A DNA stretch of 64,000 bases from NCBI GenBank assembly GCA_965112155.1, contig OZ218103.1; one strand, 5' to 3'. Shown piece after piece: positions 50,104 through 64,000 of the stretch. A program made the translations under genes and the position numbers. The notes below the pieces were generated by a model. The model was not told the DNA's origin and ran no database searches. It was given only the letters and a program-made list of their open reading frames with translations. The stretch comes from Podarcis liolepis. Lineage: Eukaryota. Numbering within the stretch: the first letter of the stretch is position 1; every line of letters begins with the position of its first letter.

Positions 50104-51133
50104 TTAGGATTAAGGTAAACATACAAATATTGAGAGGTAGTTGTAGTTGGTAGCTTGAAGAGTGCTATGCGTGATCCTGCACTTGTGCAAAACTGATACT
50201 TTCTTATTGTAGTGAAACAGACAGATTACCATAGTCAGAGACAGTCCTCAGAACCCAGGTACGCCATAATCCCCATTTCTGAGATCATGGTCATATGGGT
50301 TTCCCCAACAGGCCCAGCTCTCTGGAAAGATACCCATTTATCCAACTGGCACTCCTGCCAAACAGCCAATTGAAGTAAACAAAACCATCAAAATATATAT
50401 CCCTCAAAAACAAGCTAAAACGTCTACAAGAAGTTGATTTTAATTTACAATATATATCTAGGCTTTGAGCATCTACTGGTTAAAATATCAGTTTCAGATC
50501 CACATTTGTAACAGTTGATCAGTTTCACCTTTTAAAACAGTAATTTAGTGCTTCCCAATGCTCATGCTAATGGTCCTGTACATTTTGGAAGGTAATGAGT
50601 GATCTAGACACAACATCTCACCAAGCGACACCCTGCACCATATCAGAAGCAGCAAGGGGTAGTTTACAGTTGTGAGTCACAATACAAGTCAAAGCTTGGT
50701 TTTCAGCCAATTACTGTGCTTCTTTGAGAGGGCTGACAATGAGCTACTTTATACCACTCAAATATAGATTTGTTAATGGGGAGAATACTTAGTTTAGAGC
50801 TGAAATGTATGTAGTCTATATACGATAAGTTAACACCAATGTGTCCAACACAAATTAAACTAAAACTTTTTTCTATGTTATACACAATATTCAGGGTAAA
50901 GCTTTCAAGGCAATATAAATAATATATACCAACATAAACAAAGCTGGGGGGGGGGGAGAGAAAGAAGTTATTAGAGAAATCACACCATACAAATTATATC
51001 TGTACTTGCATGAGTATGAAATGGTACACATGTCATTGGGATAAATGAAAATGCTTAAAAGGAACTTTGGTCTATGGAATGTGCTTGACTGACTGCTGGA
51101 GGCAATGAGAACACAGATGGAGCAATTCTATAC

Positions 51134-51199
51134 CTGATAAATGTTTTCTTCTGTTTCAGGCTCACGGATTGGCTCATGTCCAGCCTCAAACACAATGTA
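51134..51199 (-). CDS. DAB1: DAB1 exon 8 (66-nt alternative exon, Y200/Y220)
   Basis: YIVFEAGHEPIREPETEENIYQ, AG/GT boundaries, phase 0-0. Confidence 0.97.
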
Positions 51200-52699
51200 C
51201 TATTACATCAGCAGCAAAGGAGGAAAGGTCAAAGATGAATCAGAAAAGAAAAAAGGCAATTTGGAACTTCAGAAGAAATAACCATAGACAAGTAGTAAAG
51301 AAGCAGGTTCAAAGTACAGGCTGGCTTAGGAGCAATTGACTTTTGCTGAAAGGCATATCACGCAACCTTCTTTTATGGAAGAGAAATAAAGGAGAAATGG
51401 AACTTTGCTAATTGTCATTTGACAAGTTTCCTGCTGTTTTCCCTACGGAGATACAACCAAAGGCTCAATTCTGTTCCCACAGCAGCTACTGGGAATTTTT
51501 ACTGTGGACTTCTGTGGGATCATAAAGAAGGCCCTGGGCTGCTGAGGGCACTTTTAATCTGTTTGAGGGAAGGAGGGAGAATTAGCAAGTGCAATGAGTT
51601 AAATTTCAGCTTCGATTTTCCAATAGGGGGCTAATTTTTACACTATATTTGAGTACGTAACATTATTATTATTATTATTGAATTTATATGCTGCCCTATA
51701 CCTGGAGGTCTCAGGGCGGTTCCATAGTCAAGATCAGTTATGAACAAGTGTTTATTTTTGACGGTGAAATTTATTAAAGGAGGTGCAATTTGCATGAAAC
51801 AAAAAGTTGACTATCGCTGTCGCCTTCTTAAATTAGCGGCAGGGAAATCTGGCTCAGAGCACTGGTCTCAATGTGACTATGCCCCGCAACCCATGGCCAC
51901 CTGCCCCACACAGGTGTCGTAAGGTCACAACAGAACAATGGGAAGTTTAAAGTGAGCATCTAGTTTTTCTTTTTGCAAGTGGGGCTCCTTGTCATGGCTT
52001 ATCAGCTAAGCAGCACTGAAAAGTAGAATCAGCTGCACCTGCAGCTGAGGAGTCTTGCTTGTACCTTTTTGAAGCGGTTTGCATTCAAACCGCTTCGTAT
52101 AATGCAGCTAGCCTCTTTGCAAGGGCACTCCCAGCACTAGTGGCTCTGCTTCAAATGGCTTCCTAAAATGAAACTCTTGTTTTATGAAGCAGTCTGAAAT
52201 GCAGCGCCAAAGACATAGCCTTCTGGGCTCATTGATTTTTCCCTTTATTCCTTTCAGGGCTAGCATAGTTTCTCTCCCATTCCTGGGGTGTTTTTTGAGG
52301 ATGGGAGGGCTTTGATCCACTGCTGCTTGCAGCATGACACCCCCAGTGCCCCATCTCTACTGTCAGTGGGACAACAGCTACAGACCCTTCCATAGCTTCA
52401 CTGAAGACACATATAAGTTTGATTGCCCTCTCCAAGAAGGCAGATCTTAAAAATCCCATGGCCTCAGAATGTCCTCCCGGGTACTAAAAGATTGCAGCAT
52501 TACTATAATACATTCGGAATTTAGTATTAAGAATACTACCTATAAATCAGTGTTTTGAAGATATTTGATAATTTTTATAGCTGACTTATTAGACACCTAA
52601 ATTATATTTCTTTTTTTAGCACTGTCACTCAACTTAAAAGCTTAATCACATCCTTAACTATTTCTGAAACTCTGTTTTTATAAAAGCTTCAGAAATTAC

Positions 52700-52738
52700 C
52701 TGGTAAACAGGATCTTCTACATCTTCCTCCAAAATTGT
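52700..52738 (-). CDS. DAB1: DAB1 exon 7 (39-nt alternative exon, Y198)
   Basis: TILEEDVEDPVYQ, AG/GT boundaries, phase 0-0. Confidence 0.97.
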
Positions 52739-53206
52739 CTATTGCAAAGAAAGTAGAAGAGACAAAAAGGAAAGAAAGTAAACAGCAGGTGTACAAGAGC
52801 CAAATATTGAGGAAAGATATGGCACATTGTTCAGTAAAGGAGGGCTAGATATCTACTCAACCTTGCATTGCATATATGAAGGCGCACATCAAGAAGGAAT
52901 ACTCTGAAATTCTTCCAGTTTTAAATATCACAAATTAAATATTCATGCAACCATTTCGTATGTCTACTGTGCTCAGCTTTGTTATTCTCAATCACTGCCA
53001 AATTGTATTATGGCACTACTGATAACAGCAATATTCACAGACAGCAGTGGAACCTGTAAATCTTCTATCCACTGAAACTAGTAACCAGTTATCAGTGCTC
53101 AGCATCAGAAGACTCACCCATTTAATGCTACAGGTAAGAGAATAAGTTTGCATGATTCAACTTCCTGATTTCTGTGGCAAAGGATCAGTTTTATTCTTTG
53201 TTCCTA

Positions 53207-53413
<207 letters not shown>

Positions 53414-55143
53414 CTACATAAAACAAATTAAGAGTATTTCAATAATATGGGAAAGACAACTAACAAACAAAATGTGACCTTTCCTAATGAAACAGCTGGT
53501 CTTAAAAACACTTATTTAGTAACAGTATAATGGATTCATTTAGATGCATCAATGGATTCTTATACTCTTACTTGTGAGTAAACCATTTAAATTATTACAT
53601 TGAAATTAGTGTTCGTGCTGAAGTATGAAATCGTCTGATCCATAAAATGAATTTGTATAGTTTGTAATGTTTGGCTGTAATGCAAACTTGGCAACATTTC
53701 TGCTGGAAGTTCTTCTCTGGCTTCAAACATTAAGTGGCTCTGCTCCTCCTTGGTTAATGATCATTAGGCCATGTCAAGACAAGACCAGCTGATTTCTAAG
53801 CACCTGGGCAGAAGCCCTTTAACGTTAGCCCTTTATTCTCAGTGTCATTGTCATTGATCAATGTGAAATTATGTGACCTACAAAGCCAGCTGCTTTGTTG
53901 ATGCATGCACATGTTATCTAATTTTAATTTCCTCACTGCTAATGAAACTATCATTGTTTCCTGGAATTACATGACTGGTCAAGCCAACTGAAGTGAGGTC
54001 AATTCTCTTGATGGCTTCTTGAGAATGCTTTATGTGATTGTTGCTCCCTATCTATATCCAAATCCCTCTCTTGTTCCTATATGCATGTATTTGGGTGCAC
54101 AGAGTGAGTGAACTTCAAAGCAACTCTCTGTCATGGCTAGTGCTGTGGGAAAACTGCTGGAGGATTGAACCAAGGTGCAGTTGCTAAGTGACAGGGGAGC
54201 AATATAATAATGTGCATGTAGCAACATTATGAGATGAAAGAGAGTTCTCAGGTGAGCTTTTTCCAAATGCTTGCCAACAAATCTCATACCAGCCAAACCA
54301 ATTCCAAAATGAACCATAGGTTCATCTCAGGTTCCATCTCAGGGTGGAAATTGTATATTTAGGTCCATTTGTTCCTACTTAATGGCAGACACCAATTAAA
54401 GTTTTGTGGAAATGAGTTAAATCCTGGGTTAAATCTACAAGTCAAAAGTTACTGAAGATAGGCTTCCACAGCCATATTGGAACTTTCATAACAATGTCTA
54501 GCCTGTGCCTGAAGTCAATGTGACTAAATCTACACTACTCTAGCTTAACTTGGTTATTCAAATTGAGTTCTTAGGATGGCAGCCTTAGGCATTTTAAAAC
54601 ACTCCAAAACACACCCTTTCTCATTGAATTAAATACCTTGTTTATATTGGTCTAGCTGCAAACTTTAACTAGGCAAAGGTTCATTTCTATATAAGCTAAT
54701 TATATTTGCAGATTAATGGTAATTATAATTATGAGCATAAAAGGCATTGCTTATATTTATTAGTGGTTTCTAATACAATGAAATGAGAGTAGACTATGCT
54801 AAGTAGCTATTTGTTTTCCATCGTTTTCTATCTAAATGAGTCTAGGACCCTAAGTAAACTTATTTGTATTCAGCTAGTGTTTCCAGTTTAATTAGAAAGG
54901 AAAATAATTACTAATTAGAAGGAATACATCAAGAAAAAAATTGAGAAGGGTGAATTGTATTTCTTTCTTTCCAGGACTGGTATTGCTAAACTGCCATCTC
55001 AGAACATTTATGCATGCACTTCTGACAGCATTATATACTGCATAAACAATGCTTACAGGCTGCCCTTTCAAAGCAGCACTGTTCTAGACAGAGCTATCAA
55101 ACTGAGTTAAACTGCAGAAAATGACAATAATTTTGATACTTAC

Positions 55144-55275
55144 TGCCTGGGCTGTTTTTATTGCCACAAATCTATGATTCCCTTCCTTTCCGCACACATA
55201 TCCGAAGGCCCGATGGTCTGTGATATCCTTCGCAATGTATGAAATTTCATGAACTGCATGATGGTGCTGTAGTAG
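55144..55275 (-). CDS. DAB1: DAB1 exon 5 (PTB domain)
   Basis: 132 nt, aacAG...GCA|[50 protein letters not shown]. Upstream exons lie beyond the window end. Confidence 0.98.
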
Positions 55276-55629
55276 CTGTTCATAAACAAAAAGCACAAGA
55301 AGCACAGGGCATATTTTACCAAAGTTCACATTTTTTACTGAGGCATGTAATTTACCTTTGTGAGGATACACCTGAAAGACAGTGATGTTTCAATAAAAAG
55401 CAAGGTATATATTCTTCAAGACTATTTTTGATTGATTTGATATTACGCTTATAACCATTTTCATGTTTTGTATGCATTTCATCCAGTGCTTAGTGTTCAG
55501 TCAGATTACCCCCAAAGGCGCACTCTTTCAGTGTCTCCCAAGACAGACAGATGCCAACAACAACAACAAACCTTCCCTGTCTGTCACCACAGGTTCCTTC
55601 ACTGCTACCTAACAGTTCAGGACTTTCAA

Positions 55630-56237
55630 TGTAGAGTGCTCACTGATGGTTACTCAGGGTTCTGTCCTGGGCACATCAACAGTATAGTGTCCCACTCAAG
55701 GGAAGTGATAATACCACTCTATTCTGCCTTGGTCAGACCACACCTGGAGTACTGCATCCAGTTCTGGGCACCACAATCGTAATATTGACAAGCTGGAACA
55801 TGTGCAGAGGAAGGTGACCAAGATAATCAAGGGTTTGGAAACTAACACTTAAGTTCAATGATTGAAGGAGTTCAGTATGTCAAGCCTGGTAAAGAAGAGA
55901 CTGAGAGGGGATATGATAGCAATCTTTAAATATCTAAAGGGCTGTCAGGTGGAAAATGGAGCAAACTTGTTTTCTCTACTCTAGAAGCTAGGACCTGAAC
56001 CAATGGATTCAAGTTACCATAAAGGAAATTGAGACTAACCATCAGAAAGAACTTTCTGACAGTAAGAGCTGTGTGACAGTGGAAAAGACTTCCATGTGAG
56101 GTGGTAGACTCTGCTTCCTTGAAGGTTCTTAAGCAGAGGCTGGATGTACATGTACAATTAAGTTGAGATTCCTGCATTATAGGAAGTTGGACTGGATGAC
56201 CCCTTGGGGTCTCTTCCAATTCTACAGTTCTGTGAAT
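55630..56237 (+). mobile_element. CR1 LINE 3' fragment (internally deleted)
   Basis: SREVIIPLYSALVRPHLEYCIQFWAPQ motif; typical CR1 3' end GGATGACC...TCTTCCAATTCTACAGTTCTGTG. Confidence 0.9.
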
Positions 56238-57639
56238 CTGTGGCTGTTTTCTCATGTGTGCTAGGACAGCTTGTGCTGTTAACAGCTCCTTTAGTGCTGT
56301 TGTGCCTTGCAGACTGTCACAGACTGTGTGTGTGGTCAGCAGCCTCCATTTACAACCTGCAAGCAAATACACTTAGCCTAGAAATGTGAACAAACATGTG
56401 TAGGTCTGCGCAGAACATGCTAGTACAATAGTAACTTGTCAGCGTGTTTGTTGTACCCCAGCTGAAAGGGCTTTCCACTGTTTCCAGAACCGGAAGGCCA
56501 TCTATTAGTGCAAACAGTAGCAGGGTTATCACTTCCAGATAGCGGTAACTTTTCAGTTTTCATCACCCAGCTAAGTAACAGCTCTTTTTACTTTTCAACA
56601 TGTGAAAGACTTGTCTGGCACAGAGGAGAGTTCAGCTCTGCAATTTCACTGCTCAATATAGCCTCCTGCACTGACACATACATTTTTATTTTTTGAAAAA
56701 TAGTGCTCTTTCTGCCAAAATTTGTCTTCCATAAAAAAGAAGCTTTATGTTTAATTAGCAATATATATTTAATTAGAATTGGGGGGGGGGGTTCCTCTCT
56801 GCATTTTTGTGTGTGTCAGCTGTTGCACATTGCTTTGTATGCAAAGAGACAGCAAATGTGAACGTTAGGTGCTTGGATTTTATATTGTGAAGTTCTACAA
56901 AATGCAGTAAAAAAAATAAATCCAGAAAATATCCTTACAAAACCCTTCTGCATCATTGTTGCATCCTAGTAAAACTGAACTGAAAAAATCTACCTCCAGC
57001 CAAAGGCAATATCAGGGCAAGATATTTACAGATGCAAACAAACCAAATCCTCAGACATTGCTTTAAAATGATCAATATCTTTGCTAACATGAATCTTCTA
57101 GTTATCTGCACTTTTTATGCAGCAATAGATTTCTATGGGCCACATGTTATGATGAACATTTGAACATCTGGATAAACTAGCTGCTGACCCATTAATCAAA
57201 GTGGGTTTACTGAGTGGTGATTTCTGTGAAGAGAGAGGGAAATCAATATTCATGTCAACTTAGGCAGACCTTGTAGTGTTCCTGCCCTTCAGTAATGGGA
57301 ACCACATTGGTCAAGAAATATCTATCGCTAGATTGATATTGGCTGACATGTAAGTTTTTGCTTTTACAGAGGTCCTCTTCCTTTCTGAAAGAAAGGTAAA
57401 CCATGCCTGGTAAAAAAAGCAAACCTGGAACCAGAATTTCTTACTATGGATGATTTTCAATGCAAGCAGGATAGACTTTTACTCACCCAAAGGACTTCCC
57501 CTTCCTGTCCTCCTCCCTGCAGCTCATTGTGTACCCCACAATGTATCTGCTAGGGCTGCAAGGGGGGAAATGGACGTCTGCTCACATGACATGGGATTTC
57601 ACATAATTTTGGAGGGGGACAGTTCACAGATCTCTAGTA

Positions 57640-57775
57640 CAGGCTTCCTCAACCTCGGCCCTCCAGATGTTTTGAGACTACAATTCCCATCATCCCTGAC
57701 CACTGGTCCTACTAGCTAGGGATCATAGGAGTTGTAGGCCAAAAACATCTGGCGGGCCGAGGTTGAGGAAGCCTG
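57640..57775. mobile_element. hAT-type hairpin MITE (GGGAGTTGTAG family)
   Basis: Long inverted ends CAGGCTTCCTCAACCTCGGCCC...GGGCCGAGGTTGAGGAAGCCTG; 7/8 TSD (CTCTAGTA/GTCTAGTA). Confidence 0.87.
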
Positions 57776-60163
57776 GTCTAGTATGTTGCCTGGACTAATC
57801 ACCAGAAAATACTTGTGCTAGTCACCACAGAAAATATACCAACTGGAAACTTCCAATCATCTAAGCAGTGTAGACTGGTATTGTTTAGGAGACCATGAGT
57901 ATGTACAAACTTAGAAAGTGTAACAAGCAAGGGTTCCTAATTTTTTTTTAATGTATTATAGCATCACGGCTTCCATTTATTTCTGTGCCGCCACATATCT
58001 TATAGCTTCTCCTTGTAGTGTTTTATTCTAGTCCTCTCACAGGCATGATATACTAAAGATTGTAATCAGTGAGTTTCTTTATTCCTTTATTGTATTGTCA
58101 CAGCTAATATCAGTTATGTACCTGCAGGGGCATTGTTCAAAGTTGCTAGGTTTCCCCCCATTAAAAATGTCTTCCACTTCAAAAAAAGATAAGAAAGTAC
58201 AAAAAGGTTACATGTGCATTCACTCTTTAGAGTCATTCTGATTCCTAAGCAAACCATTTCATTGCAATGCATAGACAAGTAAAACAGAAAGAAAGCAGTT
58301 TCTATATTCCAATAGAAAGGGTGAAATGCAAAATTCAGTGGACAATAACTGCATATAAGACTATGTTATTGTTCCAGGCTGTGATTTAGGCACTTAGCAG
58401 TAAGAACAGCAGGGCAGCAGTATGGATGCTATACAAGCCACTGTGAGCACAAGCAAATCACCTGTATATGAACACTTATCACTCATATATCCTACATTCC
58501 TATAAAAGAACATTATGTTATGAATACTATGTAAAGAACACTATTATCAAATATCTGAAAGGAATGGATGCACTGTTCTTATTGGAGACATGAAGGTGGT
58601 GTCCCTAAAAGTTAGCATTTATCTGCTAATCCTACAGATTGTAAATCAACACAAAAATATTCAGAGGAAGGGTAGGAATCCTGAGGGGTGGGGGACCAGG
58701 ACAACTTCCATCAGTTCTAACCACTAGCCATTCTGGCAAGGGCTGATGGGATAACTTCTGGAGGGCCCTGGCCATAGACTCTCACTTGCATCCTACCAAA
58801 TATATATTATGCCACATTGCCAATAACTTCAGACATAATAAGTTAATTATAGGGTGTAGTATAACCATTCTTCATGAGAATTGCATGTTCCCCAGCGTAT
58901 TAATGATGCAATCTTATTTACATAATATAATTGTATTGATTTATTAGAATTTCTTTTCCTGTGCTCAAGTTGCAGGCTTTCTTCTGAATCATGAAATTAA
59001 ATATCTTCCACTCCTCGATTGCATATTATGGAGAATGTTATCTCAAGCTCCTATTCAATCAAAGTTCTTTGACACCGCTTTATTGATTGCCAAGCAATGT
59101 TTGCAGAGAAATTAAACTATGATCAGACTCCTTACTTGTGGAATTAGACATAAAGATTATTCTGCCATGGTAAAATATCACCTACAATGCTGAGACGGCA
59201 GATGGAAACATTTATTTGGGAACCCTCATTAACTATCGGAAAATCATTACATCTCTAATGGCTGATGATGCCAAAGTGTTACCTTGCAAACTGTACCAGG
59301 CTATTAAGAAGTAAGTTAAGCATGCCTACAGCAATAGCTTTGTCTGTATTTAATTTAAGGAGTATTTAGAAAGATGACTGTCAAGAGATTTAAAAAAAAT
59401 CTATGAAGTTTTACTTTATCTTGGCACAGGAGATATGAAATATTATACTGCAGACTCTGATATGACAAAACGCTGGTGCATGTTGATTAGAAACATCAAA
59501 CTGTTAGACATCAATTAAATCGGATAAACTGTTTAATTGTACATATTTATGTGAAATGTTGACAGATAACGAATACACCTCTTTCCCCATACAACTGTAT
59601 GTTTACTACTTTTAGTATTTTAGTTTTTTCCTGGGGAGCTGAATTGGTTCCTGTTGAACACAACACACTAGCAAACCCTATTGAAAAGACTCACCAGCAA
59701 ATCGTTCTCACAACAGTAATTCAGAGTCAAATTAGCATTACACTAAGGAAGAGACAGGAGACCCACAAGCTAAAAACATCAGTATTTATCGATGTTTCTA
59801 ATGGTGAATGCCTTTTGCTGGTTTTATTCTTATATGCTTTATGAGAACTTGATAAAGAGGGAGGTAAGGAAGAAAGAAAACAGTAAAATGAAAAAGTGCC
59901 TTATCTGATTAATAAAGTGTTGCTTATTGCACCCATAATATAATGTATGGATAACTTTGAGAAAAACAGTACTTTTAGAATATGTTTTTGGAAATCCAGT
60001 TATGAAACTCTGAATGGACGTATCATTGCAAAATGGCTCATTAATTTCAGCTTTTTCATGCCCTTGCTTGCACATGGGATTTAATAGGCTACAATTAAAT
60101 TGCAAAACAGATAAAATGAAAATTACCCCTTGACTTTCATGAAATATAGTTTAAGTACTAGCC

Positions 60164-60300
60164 CAGGCATAGGCAAACTCGACCCTCCAGACATTTTGGG
60201 ACTACAACTCCCATCATCCTTAGCTAACAGGACCAGTGGTCAGGGATAATGGGAGTTGTAGTCCCAAAAACATCTGGAGGGCCAAGTTTGCCTATGCCTG
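60164..60300. mobile_element. hAT-type hairpin MITE (same family; degenerate copies at ~3165-3290, ~11028-11095, ~22995-23115, ~58690-58775)
   Basis: CAGGCATAGGCAAACT...AGTTTGCCTATGCCTG; 7/8 TSD (TACTAGCC/TACTACCC). Confidence 0.87.
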
Positions 60301-60318
60301 TACTACCCTTTGCATTAG

Positions 60319-60319
60319 C

Positions 60320-60376
<57 letters not shown>
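60319..60376. repeat. (CAA)n microsatellite, ~19 units, forming the tail of the adjacent LINE fragment
   Basis: Direct reading. Explains the poly-N, poly-V and poly-L ORFs. Confidence 0.95.
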
Positions 60377-60377
<1 letters not shown>

Positions 60378-60585
60378 TTATTATTATTTGTACCCCACCC
60401 ATCTGGTACAAAACCCATTTCCTAAGCCACTCTGGGCGGTTCCAGTACGTATGAAAACATAGTAAAACGTCAGACATTAAAAACTTCCTGATACACTGCT
60501 GCCTTCAGATGTCTTCTAAAAGTTGTGTAGTTCTTTATAATCCTTGACATCTGATGGAAGGTTGTTCTACAGGGAGGGCACCATT
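60377..60585 (-). mobile_element. L2-like LINE 3' end fragment
   Basis: Reverse-complement homologue of 63015-63263 (GCCCAGAGTGGCT...CAGATGGG..GGGGTA.AAATAA followed by a simple-repeat tail). Family assignment is from recollection. Confidence 0.7.
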
Positions 60586-62802
60586 AAAATAATCTATTGG
60601 AATGTTGAAGGTTTCTTACAAACTATCATCCCCCCCCCCCACACACACACTTAGAAGCTAGCCTCATAACGTCCACATGTTGAATTTTCACAGTCTCTTT
60701 CCTGAATTTGTCTCCAAGCCTGTTATCAACTTATAAGTGAAATACAAACTATTTGGAGGGCTAAAGGATGAGAGAACATGGAGATAATACAGCTCTTGGA
60801 GGAGTGCTGGATTGGCTCTTCTGGAGTGTTTGTATTTCACTGACATCCACACTACCCCCTTTCACAGCCCCCTCCCCATATCGGTAAGCAACAGTGACCC
60901 ATCCAGCTAGTAAATTAGCATAGTTACTTTGCTCCACTTGGTGAGCTGCTTCTGCTAAGTAGTACTAGAAGAGATTTGTTTGTTTAATGTACTGCGCTTC
61001 ATCCGTAGGTCTCAAAGCGGCTCAGAACATAAAAATGCAATATAAAAGCAGTTATTCACTAACCACCTGTCCACAATGTTCTTCAACTGGACAGTGTTGC
61101 CATTTTTAAAGAAGGAAACCAAAAACAAAAATTAAACTAAGCAATGAAATCACTACAAATAAACACATAAAAGCCAACAGAAACCGCATGAAATCCTTCT
61201 AATATAGGTTTCAAAAGCCAGCACAGACACTCAAAGTTCTAATACACCCCTAACATAGTTCAGTCTGGACTTGCTGGGGCAGAGGAAGATCAGAAAAGCC
61301 TCCCCCTCAAAATAAATAAATAACTGATTTTGACTGGTTGTGTTTTATATTGTTAAGTTACTTAGTGATTTGTTTTCTTTTTTGTAGAAAGCAATTAAGA
61401 AATGTAATAAAAATAAACAAATGAATAAGCACAGTATCAAACATCACTGGTGAGGTGCCATCATTAATTTGAATACCACTTTCAAGAATGTCCTCTCCCT
61501 AGAAAGTGCCTGTCTCACCTCATTATGCATAGAGAAAGGGCTGTTATGTAGATATGTACAGGAGAAGATGCTCCTTCAGGTAACTGGCTAGAAGACATTT
61601 GCAGCTTCAAAGATTAATGCTAACACTTTGCACTCGGCTGGGAAATCTTCCCGGTTATCAATTAAACTTTGTTATATCTTTCCCATGCAATCTGAAATTT
61701 TATTCCACTGCATCACTACTTTTACAGAGGTTTCTGCTCATGGATCCACTTAGCTATTAATTTTATTTTCTCTGTCTCCACTTATACCTGACTATATTGG
61801 CAAAATTGAATGGATCTAGCTACTTCAACATTTCCTCATTCTGCCCTGTTCTTTCTTTTTCTGTGGCCTTCAAGTCATGGTGAAATCAATCAAGTTGATC
61901 AATTAAGCACTTAGAACGGCCAGGAATCACTTCCAATAAGAGGGTTAGCTTCTGTGACAAAGACACAACAATACCACAGCTACCCTGTTTTTAATGAGGG
62001 AATCTATTTATTGAAAGACCACAGTATTAAGGTTGCACTTAATACTAAAGGAAACCAGTTAAAGCAACCAATCTCCCAGTAAAGCTACATAAAGAAAGGT
62101 CCATTCCAAAACCAAACAGAACACAAATATCAATAAAATATGCAGGGGAAGAATTCACAGGCATTATAGACACAGAATATTTAACGTTAACTTGCTCTCA
62201 GAGCTTGCCACAGAATGTGAATAATTCAGATCTTATTTATGAATTGCTGTGGCCCATGCACATTTTCTCAATTCTCTGAAAAGACTGACAGACTGCCCAT
62301 CACCTTTTGTTTGAGCTGGCTGAAGCCTATTATTTGTGTCTTATAATCTATGGGTGATATATAACATTAATCAGAGAATGGCCGCTGAAATCAATAAAAT
62401 TCTAAGTCCATTGATTTTAATGGATCTGCTTCAAGTATGACTTAGTTGGCTATCATCCTATTTCTATTAATAGCATCTTCTATAAACAACTTCTTCTTCC
62501 TTTAGAAAGAAAAGGGGGGAAACCTTCCATAAATGCAGTTCTATGAATGAAACAACATCTACCTACCCATGCAGCATATAATGGAATATGGAACACTGGT
62601 TATGCAGATTGCTTAGCGTGGACTGGAGAATTATAGCCTCTACTTTCAGTTCCTTTCAGTTAAGTTGTTGTGCCTGCTGCTACCCTTTTCTGAATAATTT
62701 CATCTCTTCACATTCCTATTTGAAATTACCTAAGCTGCAATTATCAAAAGCTTCCTTCACATATTAATCATATGAAGAGGGTCCATGCACTGAAAGAAGG
62801 AT

Positions 62803-63383
62803 CTTTGTCAACAACTGTTTTTTGTGTTGAAGATATGGTATATGGAAATTTATGGACCTAATGGGTATCTAAAGCCATTTGCACATGCAGAATGTAGGCA
62901 CCCTATATATAGAAATGAGCAAACTAGTGATATTTTAGGGAGCAGGCGGTGCCCATTACTTACATCATAGGAGCCTACACAACATAAAACACTGTTGCTG
63001 TATGTTGTATGTTGCAAGAAGCCAAGTTACAGGGAACCAGACAGAGGGCCTTCTCGGTAGTGGCGCCCTCCCTGTGGAACACCCTCCCACCAGATGTCAA
63101 AGAGAACAACAACTACCAGACTTTTAGAAGGCAGCCCTGTTTAGAGAAGCTTTTAATGTTTGATGTATTATAGTATTTTAATAAGTTTTTTGGAAGCCGC
63201 CCAGAGTGGCTGGGGAAGCCCAGCCAGATGGGCGGGGTATAAATAAATTGTTGTTGTTGTTGTTTATCTTATATTTTGGAAATGCACATCCAGGTTTTCT
63301 TTACCTTTAAATTTTTTTAGGAGCCCCAAGAGAGTGGGGCCCTAAGCTATAGCTTGTTTAGCTTATACGTAAATCCGGCACTG
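62803..63383. mobile_element. hAT-like element copy 2 (left end missing), interrupted by a LINE tail
   Basis: Shares CTTTGTCAACAAC, TTTATGGACCTAAT.GGTATCTAAAG and CCCTAAGCTA...AAATCCGGCACTG with 18711-19094. Confidence 0.82.
63015..63263 (+). mobile_element. L2-like LINE 3' fragment nested in hAT copy 2
   Basis: AGGGCCTTCTCGGTAGTGGCGCCCTCCCTGTGGAAC...GCCGCCCAGAGTGGCTGGGG...GGGTATAAATAAA(TTG)n; absent from copy 1. Confidence 0.75.
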
Positions 63384-64000
63384 GTAATACCGAATGCTGT
63401 TCATTCATTTTTCTGCAGTACGAAAAAAAATGCTGAAAGTCAAAGGCTTTGCTGAGCATATGCAATACCCTAGGCCTCTTCCAAATAATCATGCCAGTGA
63501 CATTTTTATCATTGTTATTACTGCTGCCATTTTCATTACATTGCATTTTGGGCTGTTTTTGTAATTAATAATAAAACATCCTGGAACTATGAAATGAAGG
63601 TCAGGCTTTATTATTTTTAATCAATGAATTAAAAAATTGTCTTTGGCCAAGGACTAAATCCAAGATTCTATAACCATCAGTAACACTGATGTGGCAGATG
63701 TGCTCCAAAGAAATGTCTGCAGTTGCTAGTAGGATCCCATTTAAAAAAAAAAATCAAAAATCCAGATTTTTTAAAATAAAATGTAATGTCAAACCGGGCC
63801 TCAGGCACAATCCAGCCATTCAGTTTCACTGTACGCCATGCATTGTCAAAAGAACTGCAGTGGTTGGAGCATCAGAAAGAAATGCTCCGTGGCTTTTCAG
63901 AGTTATTCAAATAGCTCATATAAGACTTTCAATGCATATTGCGATACATGACAATGATACAGTCTTGCACATGCCAGTGGCGCTTTTGCACTGTTAGCTA

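Noticed and set aside
60224-60477. Poly-V, poly-N and poly-L ORFs
   Set aside because: Translations of the (CAA)n microsatellite.
55276-64000. Search for DAB1 exon 4 ([22 protein letters not shown]...)
   Set aside because: Not found by eye; presumably beyond the window end. C8B exon 3 likewise was not found in 1-1455.

Overview
Vertebrate genomic DNA, very likely from a squamate lizard: it carries a full-length Sauria SINE, and the repeat content looks lacertid-like (inference). Two genes lie on the minus strand in the same order as in mammals. (1) The 3' two-thirds of DAB1 (Disabled-1, Reelin adaptor): coding exons 5-14 at 55275->24575, a 57-nt alternative exon behind a dense YCAY (Nova-type) cluster, and a terminal 3'UTR exon from 14877 to about 11480. 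(2) The first two exons of complement C8B (6431-6340, 1612-1456). The rest is intron or intergenic sequence with Tigger/Tc1-mariner and hAT-type MITEs, CR1 and L2-like LINE fragments and microsatellites. Main observation: the nominally non-coding last DAB1 exon opens with a phase-0 mini-ORF, EREPLYAQINRPKK*, an EPIYA/EPLYA-type tyrosine motif. It is in frame with DAB1 by three routes: skipping exon 14, an internal GTAAGT donor in exon 14, or readthrough of the stop. A clean 24-nt in-frame candidate microexon lies in the intervening intron. Together these suggest a hidden, splice-switchable phosphotyrosine C-terminus. Comparisons with human and chicken sequences are from memory, not database searches.
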